This document shows positions 31,610-40,655 of a stretch of DNA of 64,000 bases, in pieces (the stretch's first letter is position 1; every line of letters begins with the position of its first letter). The stretch comes from an uncultured Bacteroidales bacterium (GTDB lineage Bacteria > Bacteroidota > Bacteroidia > Bacteroidales > UBA4417), in the NCBI GenBank assembly GCA_963714825.1, contig CAVQQF010000009.1:3198-67197 (forward strand). The letters are read 5' to 3'. The notes beneath the pieces are model-generated. The model was given only the letters and a program-made list of their open reading frames with translations. It was not told the origin of the DNA and ran no database searches. The position numbers and the translations under genes were made by a program.

Positions 31610-31646
31610 TCTCCTGATCGAACAAGTCAGGAGATTTTTTATTTTT
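31610..31646 (+). terminator. Rho-independent terminator after rpmA
   Basis: tctcctga-tcgaacaag-tcaggaga (8-bp stem) followed by ttttttattttt. Confidence 0.85.
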
Positions 31647-31708
31647 GTGCCGGGAAAGGTACCCGATTATATACTATTCAGTTGCAAAAACTATAATACA
31701 AATGATTT

Positions 31709-31915
31709 GGTGCCGGGTGCCGGGTGCCGGGTGCCACCGGAAGCCGGAACCAGGCACATCGGAACCCGGATCCCGATAGCTATCGGGACGGAACAGGGCA
31801 TTTCGGCTCCGCTCAATGCCCTTGTATTGTAGAACCCGGATCCCGATAGCTATCGGGACGGAACTTCGGAACCTCGGAACCCGGATCCCGATAGCTATCG
31901 GGACAGAACCCGGAA
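31709..31915. repeat. Repeat cluster: (ggtgccg)n heptamers plus three copies of GGATCCCGATAGCTATCGGGAC (31768..31789, 31838..31859, 31883..31904)
   Basis: Read directly. The copies are separated by ggaac/cggaac words and a 7-bp hairpin (agggcat..atgccct, 31795..31822). Confidence 0.9.
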
Positions 31916-31954
31916 CTTAATTTTTACAGCCCCAACCATTAAAAAGATAAAGAA

Positions 31955-33226
31955 ATGCTCGAATTATCCTTTTTGCGTGAAAATACCGAACTCGTTATTG
32001 AACGCCTGGCAATAAAACGTGTGGATGCACGCGAAACCATAAAAAAAATACTGGAAGCCGATATCAACCGACGTGAAACCCAGAAACTACTTGATGATAA
32101 CCTTGCCGAATCGAACCAGATAGCGCGTGAAGTGGGGAACCTTTTTAAAGAAGGCCGTCAGCAGGAAGCCAACGACTTAAAAGCCCGTTCGGCTGAACTT
32201 AAAGTTGCCGCCCGCGAAATAACAGAGAAACTGGAAGCGCTGCAAAAGGAACAGAATGAGCTGCTGGTTACGCTGCCAAACCTTCCGCATCCTGAAACGC
32301 CCAAAGGTCATTTACCCGAGCATAATGTTACTGTATACAGTGAAGGCGAAATGCCCACGCTGCCCGCCGATGCCGTTCCGCATTGGGATCTGACCTCGAA
32401 ATACGATATTATTGATTTCGAACTGGGCGTAAAGCTTACCGGTGCCGGTTTCCCGGTTTATAAAGGACAGGGAGCCCGTTTGCAGCGTGCGCTGATCAAC
32501 TTTTTTGTAAACGAAGCTACCGAAGCCGGATACCTCGAGATACAGCCACCGCTTATGGTAAACGAGGCTTCGGCATATGCAACAGGGCAGTTGCCGGATA
32601 AGGACAGCCAGATGTACTTTGTTGGAATCGATAATTTTTACCTGATACCTACTGCCGAAGTGCCGGTGACAAATATTTACCGCGACCTGATGCTGAAAGA
32701 AACTGATTTCCCTATCCGCAACGTTGCTTATTCGCAGTGTTTTCGCCGTGAGGCCGGATCGTATGGAAAAGATGTAAGGGGATTAAACCGCTTACACCAG
32801 TTTGATAAGGTTGAGATTGTTCAGATTCAGCATCCTGACAAATCGTATGCAGCGCTCGAAGATATGCGTGAGCATGTAACAGCACTTATCCGCAAACTCG
32901 AACTACCTTTCCGTATACTGAGACTTTGCGGTGGCGATATGAGTTTCACTTCGGCACTTACCTACGATTTCGAAGTGTATTCGGCAGCTCAGCAGCGCTG
33001 GCTCGAGGTAAGCTCGGTTTCGAATTTCGAATCGTTTCAGGCTAACCGCATGAAGCTGCGTTTTAAGGACAGCACTGGCAAAACCCGCCTTGCTCACACA
33101 CTAAACGGCAGTGCATTGGCGTTACCGCGGATAGTAGCTGCACTTCTGGAAAATAACCAGACTGCGGAAGGAATCAGGATCCCGAAGGCGCTTGTGCCTT
33201 ATACGGGGTTTGAGTGGATAAAATAA
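31955..33226 (+). CDS. serS: Seryl-tRNA synthetase
   Basis: N-terminal coiled-coil arm. Class II motifs ..PTAEVPVTNIY.., ..CFRREAGSYGKDVRGLNRLHQFDKVE.., ..TLNGSALALPRIVAALLE... Confidence 0.95.
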   Translation: MLELSFLRENTELVIERLAIKRVDARETIKKILEADINRRETQKLLDDNLAESNQIAREVGNLFKEGRQQEANDLKARSAELKVAAREITEKLEALQKEQNELLVTLPNLPHPETPKGHLPEHNVTVYSEGEMPTLPADAVPHWDLTSKYDIIDFELGVKLTGAGFPVYKGQGARLQRALINFFVNEATEAGYLEIQPPLMVNEASAYATGQLPDKDSQMYFVGIDNFYLIPTAEVPVTNIYRDLMLKETDFPIRNVAYSQCFRREAGSYGKDVRGLNRLHQFDKVEIVQIQHPDKSYAALEDMREHVTALIRKLELPFRILRLCGGDMSFTSALTYDFEVYSAAQQRWLEVSSVSNFESFQANRMKLRFKDSTGKTRLAHTLNGSALALPRIVAALLENNQTAEGIRIPKALVPYTGFEWIK

Positions 33227-33230
33227 AAAT

Positions 33231-33312
33231 GTGGGATGGGGGATGTGGAATGTGGGATGGCGGATGTGGGAAACAGGGTTGAAGAGTTCCGGGTTCCGGG
33301 TTCAAGGGGTAG
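33231..33312. repeat. G/T-rich word repeats (gtgggatg and ttccgggt types)
   Basis: gtgggatgggggatgtggaatgtgggatggcggatgtggga..gttccgggttccgggttcaagggg, immediately after the serS stop. Confidence 0.8.
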
Positions 33313-33623
33313 TTTACTTTACTGTACTTTATTACTTGATGTTTTTAATTTGGATTTCGGATGATAGATGTGGGATGAGGTAAAAGCGGATTGGATGAGT
33401 TAAAATAATTATGAGTGTCAGGAAAGATAGACATATATCATACAAACCCTAGGGATTGTTGCTCAGCAAGTTAGAATCTGCCTCCCCTAATTTTAGGGGA
33501 GGTGCCGACAGGCGGAGGGGTACAATTTGTTTAAGAATCACCATCTTATTAATGATTCCGGATACTCATATAAATAATATAACTGTATCCGAAATCGTTA
33601 ATCGTAAATACCAATAATCAACA

Positions 33624-35456
33624 ATGAAACTAAAAGTTCTCCTTCTGTTTGTAATAACAGGCCTGCTGATTATAGCCGGCAGCGGGAAGCTTATGGCCCA
33701 GCAAACGGAGGAGCAGCTTGGTGTTCAGTATTACAACAGCAGGGAACTGGATAAGGCTCTCGAAACGTTCGAGCCTTTGTTTAACCGCAACCCGAGCCAG
33801 TTCAATTACCTGTATTATATCAATACACTGCTTGAGCTGAAGGAATTTGACAGGGCTGAAAAAGTAATAAAAAAACAGATGAAAGCCTCTCCTACCGACC
33901 CGCGTTACCAGGTGGATATGGGATACCTTAATATAATGGAAGGCGATATTACCAAAGGCCGTAAAATTTACGAAAACTGCCTCAAGGACCTGCAGGCCGA
34001 CCGCATGCAGATATATAACCTCACCTATGCTTTCAGCAACCGCCGTGAGACTGATTATATGATACGCACCTATCTGAGGGGGCGCGAATTACTCAAAGAC
34101 CCGGCACTGTTTGCCTTCGAATTGGCCTATACTTACGAATCACTTGGCAGTACCGAGTTAATGATTGACGAATATACCAACCTGCTGTTATCCAATCCCC
34201 TGCAGATGAGTATGGTTCAAAACCGTCTGCAGGCATGGCTGAGCGACGATGTTGACAATTCGAAGAATGAAACTTTCAGGGCTGTTCTGCTTAAAAAACT
34301 GCAGCAAAACCCCGATCAGATACTTTACAACGAATTGCTGCTCTGGCATTCGGTACAACAAAAAGACTTTCCGTTTGCATTGCTGCAGGCCAGGGCTCTC
34401 GACCGCCGTTACAACGAAAGCGGGCAGCGTATCTTCGATCTTGCAGCCCTTTGTGTGAGTAACGAAGACTTTGCCGCAGCCATCGAAGGCTATAAATACA
34501 TTATTAAAAAGAATACCAACAACGAGCTGGTGATGCGAAGCCGTATTGAGCTGATAAACACTGAATTCAGGCAATACAAGAGTTCGAAAATGGTTGACAG
34601 AAGCAAGCTTTTGCTGATGAAACAGGAATACACAGAGTTGCTGAACGAACTCGGTAAAACTTCTTTCACTATTCCGCTAATTCTTAACCTTGCACATTTG
34701 CAGGCATTTAATCTGGGCGAAACAGCTGCAGCTATCGAATTGCTTGAAGAAGCTATCAACATCCCGAATACACTGGCTACCGAGCAGGCCGAATGCAAAC
34801 TCGAACTGGCTGATATATACCTGTTTTCGGATGAGCAATGGGAAGCAACACTGTTGTATTCGCAGGTTGAAAAGGTTTTTAAAAACGAACCTCTTGGGCA
34901 TGAAGCCAAATTCCGCAATGCGAAACTCTCGTTTTATATTGGCGAGTTTGGATGGGCAGGCGCACAACTCGACATACTCAAGGCTGCTACTTCGAAACTT
35001 ATTGCCAACGACGCCCTGGAGCTGACGTTGCTGATAAGCGACAATATTGAGGAGGACAGTTTAACCACTCCTCTCAGCATGTATGCCAGGGCCGATCTGC
35101 TCGAATTCCGTAACCGCGACAAAGATGCATTATCCCTTCTCGATACAATAATTGCCGATTATCCCATGCATTCAATTGTTGATAATGTGTTGTTCAAAAA
35201 GGCGGAAATTTATGCGAAAAACGGCAAATTCGATGAGGCGGCAACGTATTATGACGAAATCATCGAAAAATTCCCCTACGACCTCCTAGCTGATGACGCC
35301 ATGTATAACCTGGCAGTTTTATGCGAATACCAGCTTAATAATACGTCACGGGCAATGCAACTATACGAAAAAATCCTAACCCAATACCCCGGAAGCCTTT
35401 ATGTGGTCGATGCCCGAAAACGTTTCAGGGCGCTGAGGAATGACGCGGTTAATTAG
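33624..35456 (+). CDS. Secreted tetratricopeptide-repeat protein (610 aa)
   Basis: Signal peptide MKLKVLLLFVITGLLIIAGSGKLMAQ. Helical TPR-like repeats throughout (for example ..AMYNLAVLCEYQLNNTSRAMQLYEKILTQYPGS..). Confidence 0.65.
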   Translation: MKLKVLLLFVITGLLIIAGSGKLMAQQTEEQLGVQYYNSRELDKALETFEPLFNRNPSQFNYLYYINTLLELKEFDRAEKVIKKQMKASPTDPRYQVDMGYLNIMEGDITKGRKIYENCLKDLQADRMQIYNLTYAFSNRRETDYMIRTYLRGRELLKDPALFAFELAYTYESLGSTELMIDEYTNLLLSNPLQMSMVQNRLQAWLSDDVDNSKNETFRAVLLKKLQQNPDQILYNELLLWHSVQQKDFPFALLQARALDRRYNESGQRIFDLAALCVSNEDFAAAIEGYKYIIKKNTNNELVMRSRIELINTEFRQYKSSKMVDRSKLLLMKQEYTELLNELGKTSFTIPLILNLAHLQAFNLGETAAAIELLEEAINIPNTLATEQAECKLELADIYLFSDEQWEATLLYSQVEKVFKNEPLGHEAKFRNAKLSFYIGEFGWAGAQLDILKAATSKLIANDALELTLLISDNIEEDSLTTPLSMYARADLLEFRNRDKDALSLLDTIIADYPMHSIVDNVLFKKAEIYAKNGKFDEAATYYDEIIEKFPYDLLADDAMYNLAVLCEYQLNNTSRAMQLYEKILTQYPGSLYVVDARKRFRALRNDAVN

Positions 35457-35483
35457 GATGCCTGAGCTTGTATTATAAAACTG

Positions 35484-35775
35484 AAGGGGTGAAGGGCGAG
35501 GGGTGAGGCGAAGGGCGAGAGGCGAAGGGTGAAGGGGCGAGTTTCATTCACTCATTCTCACATTCTCACATTCTCACATTCAATCATTCATTCATTCTCA
35601 CATTCACCCATTCACTCATTCTCACATTCTCACATTCTCACTCATTCTCCCATTCTCACATTCAATCATTCACTCATTCTCTCATTCTCTCATTCCCTCA
35701 TTCTCTCTCACAACTCGTCCCCCCGTCCCCCCGTCCCCCATCCCCAACCCCTAAACCCTAAAACCTAACCCCTCC
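35484..35775. repeat. Strand-asymmetric low-complexity tract: G/A-rich words, then cattctca-type words, then a C-rich tract
   Basis: 35484-35541 is ggggtgaagggcgaggggtgaggcgaagggcgag... 35542-35712 is (t/c)cattctca-like units. 35713-35775 is ctcgtccccccgtccccccgtcccccatccccaacccctaaaccctaaaacc. It ends 2 nt before the rsmA ATG. Confidence 0.85.
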
Positions 35776-35777
35776 TC

Positions 35778-36557
35778 ATGTACGACGTAAGAGCAAAAAA
35801 ACACCTCGGACAGCATTTTCTGAAAGATGAAAATATAGCGTCGCAAATAGCTGATAGCCTTTCGCCTGCTGCAAAACAAGTTCTTGAGATAGGGCCCGGA
35901 ACCGGAGTGCTGACTAAATACCTTTTAAAAAAAGACTTTGAGAAATTTGTTGCCGTAGAAGTTGACCGCGAATCAGCTGCTTTTCTGCGCACGAATTATC
36001 CACAACTTGGCGATGGATTGGTTGAGGCAGATATTCTGCGGATGGATTTTGCAGGCCTTTTTACAGGACAGTTTTCAGTAATAGGGAATTTTCCTTACAA
36101 TATTTCGAGCCAGATACTTTTCAGGGTACTCGAAAACCACGAACAGGTTAAGGAAGCCGTTGGTATGTTTCAGAAAGAAGTTGCCATGCGAATTGCATCA
36201 CCTCCGGGTAAAAAGGATTATGGCATACTCAGTGTGTTACTACAGGCCTGGTACGATATTGAATATCTTTTTACGGTTGATCCTACGGTTTTTGTACCGC
36301 CTCCAAAGGTACAGTCGGCAGTAATTCGCTTAACCCGCAACGAAACAAAAGAGATTGGGTGCAGTGAAAAAATGTTATTGCAGGTAGTAAAAACTGCATT
36401 TAACCAGCGCCGTAAAACCCTTCACAACGCACTGAAACCGCTGGGCGATTATAACGGCGAATTTAAAGGGAAACGGGCCGAACAACTGAGTGTGGAGCAG
36501 TTTGTAAGGCTTACCAATGACATGGAGGAAATTATCGCACGTTCGGGCAAGGAATAA
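35778..36557 (+). CDS. rsmA: 16S rRNA (adenine1518/1519-N6)-dimethyltransferase
   Basis: ..KKHLGQHFL.., SAM motif ..LEIGPGTGVLT.., ..IGNFPYNISSQILF... Confidence 0.92.
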   Translation: MYDVRAKKHLGQHFLKDENIASQIADSLSPAAKQVLEIGPGTGVLTKYLLKKDFEKFVAVEVDRESAAFLRTNYPQLGDGLVEADILRMDFAGLFTGQFSVIGNFPYNISSQILFRVLENHEQVKEAVGMFQKEVAMRIASPPGKKDYGILSVLLQAWYDIEYLFTVDPTVFVPPPKVQSAVIRLTRNETKEIGCSEKMLLQVVKTAFNQRRKTLHNALKPLGDYNGEFKGKRAEQLSVEQFVRLTNDMEEIIARSGKE

Positions 36558-36653
36558 TAGGCCACTGCTTATCCATTCTACATATTGAATAACTACAATT
36601 CACTACCACAGTCGGTCAATAAAGTGTATTTTTGCCTAAAATTAATACCCAGC

Positions 36654-38321
36654 ATGCCAGAATTTTCGCTACCGGTATTGTTGCGGCGAGCTGCAACAGA
36701 ATATCCCGGCTTAGGAATTTATTACTTTAATGACGACAGTACAGTCGATTTTCAATCGTATACTGAACTGCTCAACCAATCAAAAGCTTTTGCCTGTGGT
36801 TTACTGTCTATGGGAATAAATCCGGGAGATAAAGCAATAATTGCTACCGAGAATAACAGGGAAACTTTTACAATACTCTGGGGATGTTTCCTGGCAGGCA
36901 TTGTGCCAACTATCCTTCAACCCGTATTATCATTAGCCACCAGCAATCCTTCTGCTTCGAAAATATTGAATGTTGCCAAACAAATGGATAATCCATATAT
37001 TTTTACAAGTCGTGCTTTGGATACTGATGAATCAACAGCAGGTATACGGGTTGTTCCATTCAGCCACATCCCGGCCCTGGAGGGGGATCCAGAGTTTGTA
37101 CCAACTATGGATGATCTTGCATTTATTCAATTTTCGAGTGGCAGCACAGGCGATCCGAAAGGCATAATGCTTACGCAAAGAAACCTTTCGAGTAACATGA
37201 ATTCCATTGCATTAGGGCTCGATTTACAACCTCATGATCCTGTCGGGAACTGGATGCCGATTTATCATGATATGGGCCTCATCGGATATCATCTTACTCC
37301 ATTGAGCCGTCCATCGAACCAGTTTCATATTCATACCATTGATTTTATTAAGAATCCTTCTCTATGGCCTGAAATGATGAGCCGTTATAAAATCACCATT
37401 ACCGGGTGCCCCAATTTTGGACAGGAACTGCTTATTCGTTACCTGAAACGCAGGCCCGAAGGCCACGATTGGGATCTCTCGCCACTGAAAGCCATGTTGA
37501 ATGGCGCTGAGCCTATTTCAGTTAAGGTTATGAACGATTTTAACAAGGCTTTGAAGCCTTTTGGTTTCCGCGAGGAAGCAATGATGCCTGTTTACGGTAT
37601 GGCCGAAGCAACACTGGCTATTTCTTTTACCCCTCTTATGGAACCTACCGTGGTTACTGAATTTGATAATGAAGAGCTGGATAAGAATTTTAACGCGGTA
37701 AAATCGAATCAGCCACAATCTTCGAGGAACATACGATCCATAGTGGGTGTTGGCGTTGCACTCCGGGGTGTTGAATTTATGATAGCCGGGCAGGATTTCA
37801 ATGAGCTTCCTGAAGGCAAAGTTGGACATATACTGGTAAGGGGCGAAAATATAACCGAAGGCTATTACCAGAATCCGGAAGCAACGAAAGAATTGTTTAA
37901 CGGCGACTGGCTCAAAACCGGTGATATGGGTTTTATTTTTGAAGGCAATCTTTATATCAGCGGACGGTTTAAGGACATTATTTTTGCAAATGGTAAAAAC
38001 TATTTTGCCAACGACCTCGAAGCCCTGGCTTGCAGCCTCGACGATTTTAGTTTCGGGAAAACCATTATAGGAGGCATTACCGATCATAAAACAGGGAAAG
38101 AAAAGGTTCTTGTTTTCGCTGCCGCGATAGCGGAGGCAAAAGCAAAAGCTGTGCTTGAACAATTGAGAGCCCTGATGCGCACTGAATTGGGCATACCGCT
38201 TGATGAACTTATACTGATAAAATCGAATGAAATCCCCAAAACATCGAGCGGGAAAATACAGCGTTACAAGGTGATTCAACGTTACCAGCAGGGCGATTTT
38301 GCTGAACATGTATTCAGTTAG
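36654..38321 (+). CDS. Fatty acyl-AMP ligase (FAAL)-like adenylate-forming enzyme
   Basis: ..FIQFSSGSTGDPKGIMLTQRNL.., ..YGMAEATLA.., ..WLKTGDMGF.., ..IPKTSSGKIQRYK... The track ORF starts at a TTG (36585). The ATG at 36654 (MPEFSLPVLL..) is more likely. Confidence 0.8.
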   Translation: MPEFSLPVLLRRAATEYPGLGIYYFNDDSTVDFQSYTELLNQSKAFACGLLSMGINPGDKAIIATENNRETFTILWGCFLAGIVPTILQPVLSLATSNPSASKILNVAKQMDNPYIFTSRALDTDESTAGIRVVPFSHIPALEGDPEFVPTMDDLAFIQFSSGSTGDPKGIMLTQRNLSSNMNSIALGLDLQPHDPVGNWMPIYHDMGLIGYHLTPLSRPSNQFHIHTIDFIKNPSLWPEMMSRYKITITGCPNFGQELLIRYLKRRPEGHDWDLSPLKAMLNGAEPISVKVMNDFNKALKPFGFREEAMMPVYGMAEATLAISFTPLMEPTVVTEFDNEELDKNFNAVKSNQPQSSRNIRSIVGVGVALRGVEFMIAGQDFNELPEGKVGHILVRGENITEGYYQNPEATKELFNGDWLKTGDMGFIFEGNLYISGRFKDIIFANGKNYFANDLEALACSLDDFSFGKTIIGGITDHKTGKEKVLVFAAAIAEAKAKAVLEQLRALMRTELGIPLDELILIKSNEIPKTSSGKIQRYKVIQRYQQGDFAEHVFS

Positions 38322-38618
38322 TTTTGTTTCTCGCAAAGCCGCAAAGTCGCTAAGTATCTGATATAATTCTGTTTAACCCTTATAAGGAAAGCATCTGATT
38401 ATATCAATTTTTTATAGCAGCTAAGCAAAGAACTAACTAACGGAAATTCACATTTAAACTCTTCGCCTTTGCGTCTTTATTCGCTACGCTCGTGAGAACG
38501 CTTCGCTAAGTTGCGCCTTTGCGTGATATTTTAATAAAAACGCTCCAATGATATATTGAAATTGTAAATTTGCCCTTTACCCCAATGATTAAAAGCATCA
38601 GGCATTTTATCCGTTAAA

Positions 38619-40646
38619 ATGAAAAACAAACCCGCCAAAACATCACCCGCCCGTAAGGAAATTCCCGCAAAACCTGTTTCCAAAGAAGTGGTTAACAAGC
38701 CCTGGTTTACCAAAACCTCCTTCTGGCTTAAAGCAATACTCTTTGCTTTTGCATTCGTGCTTTACGGCAATACCATGAAAAACGGGTATTCGCTCGACGA
38801 CCTCTATGTTACCTATAACAATCCGGTGGTTAACAAGGGTTTTAAAGCCATCCCTGTGATACTCAGCACTCGTTATATAAACATGAATGCCGAAGAAGGC
38901 GGAACGATGAATTTCGGATACCGCCCGCTTACTAAAGTGATGTTTGCCATCGAACACCAGCTTTTTGGCGAAAGCCCTTCTACCAGCCATTTAATTAACA
39001 TTTTATTGTATGGATTGACTTTGCTGATACTGTTCGCCATTCTGCGTAAGCTGATGCCGAAATACACCATCTGGTTTCCCTTCCTTATTACCATGCTATG
39101 GGCAGCTCACCCGGTTCATACCGAAGTGGTTGCCAGTTTGAAAAACAGGGAAGAAATCCTTAGTTTTCTGTTCGGATTGCTGGCTTTACGGAGTTTTATG
39201 GCGTTTGCCCGAAAAGAATCGTACCTGCCACTGGCAAGTGGAGCTATATTGTTTTTGTTGAGTGTTTTTACAAAACCTTCGACACTGCCTTTACTTGCTG
39301 CTATTCCGTTTACTATTTATTTTTTCACCAAAACAAATGTGAAAAACCTGGTACTGATAACAGCTTCGATGATACTAGTATCAATACTTGCAGCGCTTTT
39401 TGTAAAATTGTATCTCCCTGCCATAAACAGGCCCATGCTCTTTTTTGAGAACCCGCTTGCGTTCGAGAATAATTTTCTTTTACATATTTCAACCGGTATG
39501 TACGGGCTGCTGATGTACATAAAGCTGCTTGTTTTTCCTCACCCTCTATTGTTTTATTACGGTTATAATACAATTCCTGTTGTTGGCTTTACCAATATAT
39601 GGGTAATATTTTCTGTTATATTACATTTAGGATTATTTGGTTTTGCTGTGATGAAACTGCGCGAAAGGCATATTCTTTCGTTCGCTATCTTTTTCTATCT
39701 GATTTTAATTTCAATGTATTCAAACATTGTAAAACCTCCAGCTGGTATTATTGCCGAGAGGTTCCTTTATATTGCTTCGCTGGGATTCAGTATTGCTTTG
39801 ATATTTCTGCTTTTTAAAGTGCTGAAGGTTTCAACTGACAAGTCGGAGAATGGGAAAAATATATGGAAAATAGCTATTGCGTTAATTGTAATCCTGATAC
39901 CATTTACCGCCAAAACAATTGATCGTAACAAAGACTGGAATTCGCAGCTCAGCCTTTTTTCGCACGACATCAAATACCTCGAAAATTCGGCGAAAGCGAA
40001 TTATATTTATGCTACCACCCTCAAGACCGACCTGATCGAAAAGCTGAAAACAGGGGGTAACAGCAACAACGAAGCACAGGTTAATACCATCATTGCATTG
40101 CTGGAGCAAACCGTAAAGGTTTATCCAGGTTATTTCGAAGCATGGAGCAGCCTGGGAGAGATGTATGTGATGATGAAAAACGATACCGATAAGGCTATGG
40201 AATACTTTAACCAGACTGTGGTAGTTAAACCTACTTACGCAGCCGGATGGTATAACCTGGGGTATATATATTTCCAGAAAAACGATATCCCGAATGCACT
40301 CAGTAACTTCCGCAAGGCAGCCACGCTCGACTCAACCGATGTAAAAACCTTATCGAACCTGGCTACCTGTTATAATAAAACCGGGCAGATTGATTCGGCT
40401 GTTATCACCAATGCAATGATTATACGTGCCCAACCCAATATCGCACTGCCTTATATCAGTAACGCATCCTATTACCTGGCACTTAACGATTCGGTTAACG
40501 CTATACAATGGCTCGAAAAAGCCGCTGTGGTCCGACCGGATAACAGCAAAGTTACGGCGGTACTTTCGAAGTATTTTGCAAACAAAGGCGATAAGCAGAA
40601 AGCTGAACATTACCGCGAACTTTACGAAAAGGCACAAGGGAAATAA
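38619..40646 (+). CDS. Multi-pass membrane protein with C-terminal TPR repeats (GT-C / PMT-ArnT-like glycosyltransferase fold suspected)
   Basis: About 10 predicted TM segments after ..YSLDDLYVTYNNPVV..FGYRPLT... The C-terminal ~200 aa is TPR-like (..AWSSLGEMYVMMKNDTDKAMEYFNQTVVVKPTYAAGWYNLGYIYFQ..). Confidence 0.55.
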   Translation: MKNKPAKTSPARKEIPAKPVSKEVVNKPWFTKTSFWLKAILFAFAFVLYGNTMKNGYSLDDLYVTYNNPVVNKGFKAIPVILSTRYINMNAEEGGTMNFGYRPLTKVMFAIEHQLFGESPSTSHLINILLYGLTLLILFAILRKLMPKYTIWFPFLITMLWAAHPVHTEVVASLKNREEILSFLFGLLALRSFMAFARKESYLPLASGAILFLLSVFTKPSTLPLLAAIPFTIYFFTKTNVKNLVLITASMILVSILAALFVKLYLPAINRPMLFFENPLAFENNFLLHISTGMYGLLMYIKLLVFPHPLLFYYGYNTIPVVGFTNIWVIFSVILHLGLFGFAVMKLRERHILSFAIFFYLILISMYSNIVKPPAGIIAERFLYIASLGFSIALIFLLFKVLKVSTDKSENGKNIWKIAIALIVILIPFTAKTIDRNKDWNSQLSLFSHDIKYLENSAKANYIYATTLKTDLIEKLKTGGNSNNEAQVNTIIALLEQTVKVYPGYFEAWSSLGEMYVMMKNDTDKAMEYFNQTVVVKPTYAAGWYNLGYIYFQKNDIPNALSNFRKAATLDSTDVKTLSNLATCYNKTGQIDSAVITNAMIIRAQPNIALPYISNASYYLALNDSVNAIQWLEKAAVVRPDNSKVTAVLSKYFANKGDKQKAEHYRELYEKAQGK

Positions 40647-40655
40647 TAAGCTGTT

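Noticed and set aside
33481-33502. Hairpin cctcccctaa-tt-ttaggggagg with perfect 10-nt complementary arms, as a terminator or riboswitch part
   Set aside because: No T-run follows it, no conserved flanks were recognised, and it occurs only once. It is probably one more member of the intergenic palindrome repertoire.
35742-35765. ccctaaaccctaaaacc as telomere-like repeats
   Set aside because: There are only two heptamer units inside a longer C-rich low-complexity tract, so this is coincidental.
37518-38336. 272-aa ORF antisense to the FAAL gene. Also many 60-160-aa ORFs antisense to the giant genes, the aldehyde dehydrogenase (29733..30224), the TPR gene and others.
   Set aside because: These are shadow ORFs inside well-supported genes. 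They have low-complexity or unrecognisable sequence and no independent start context.
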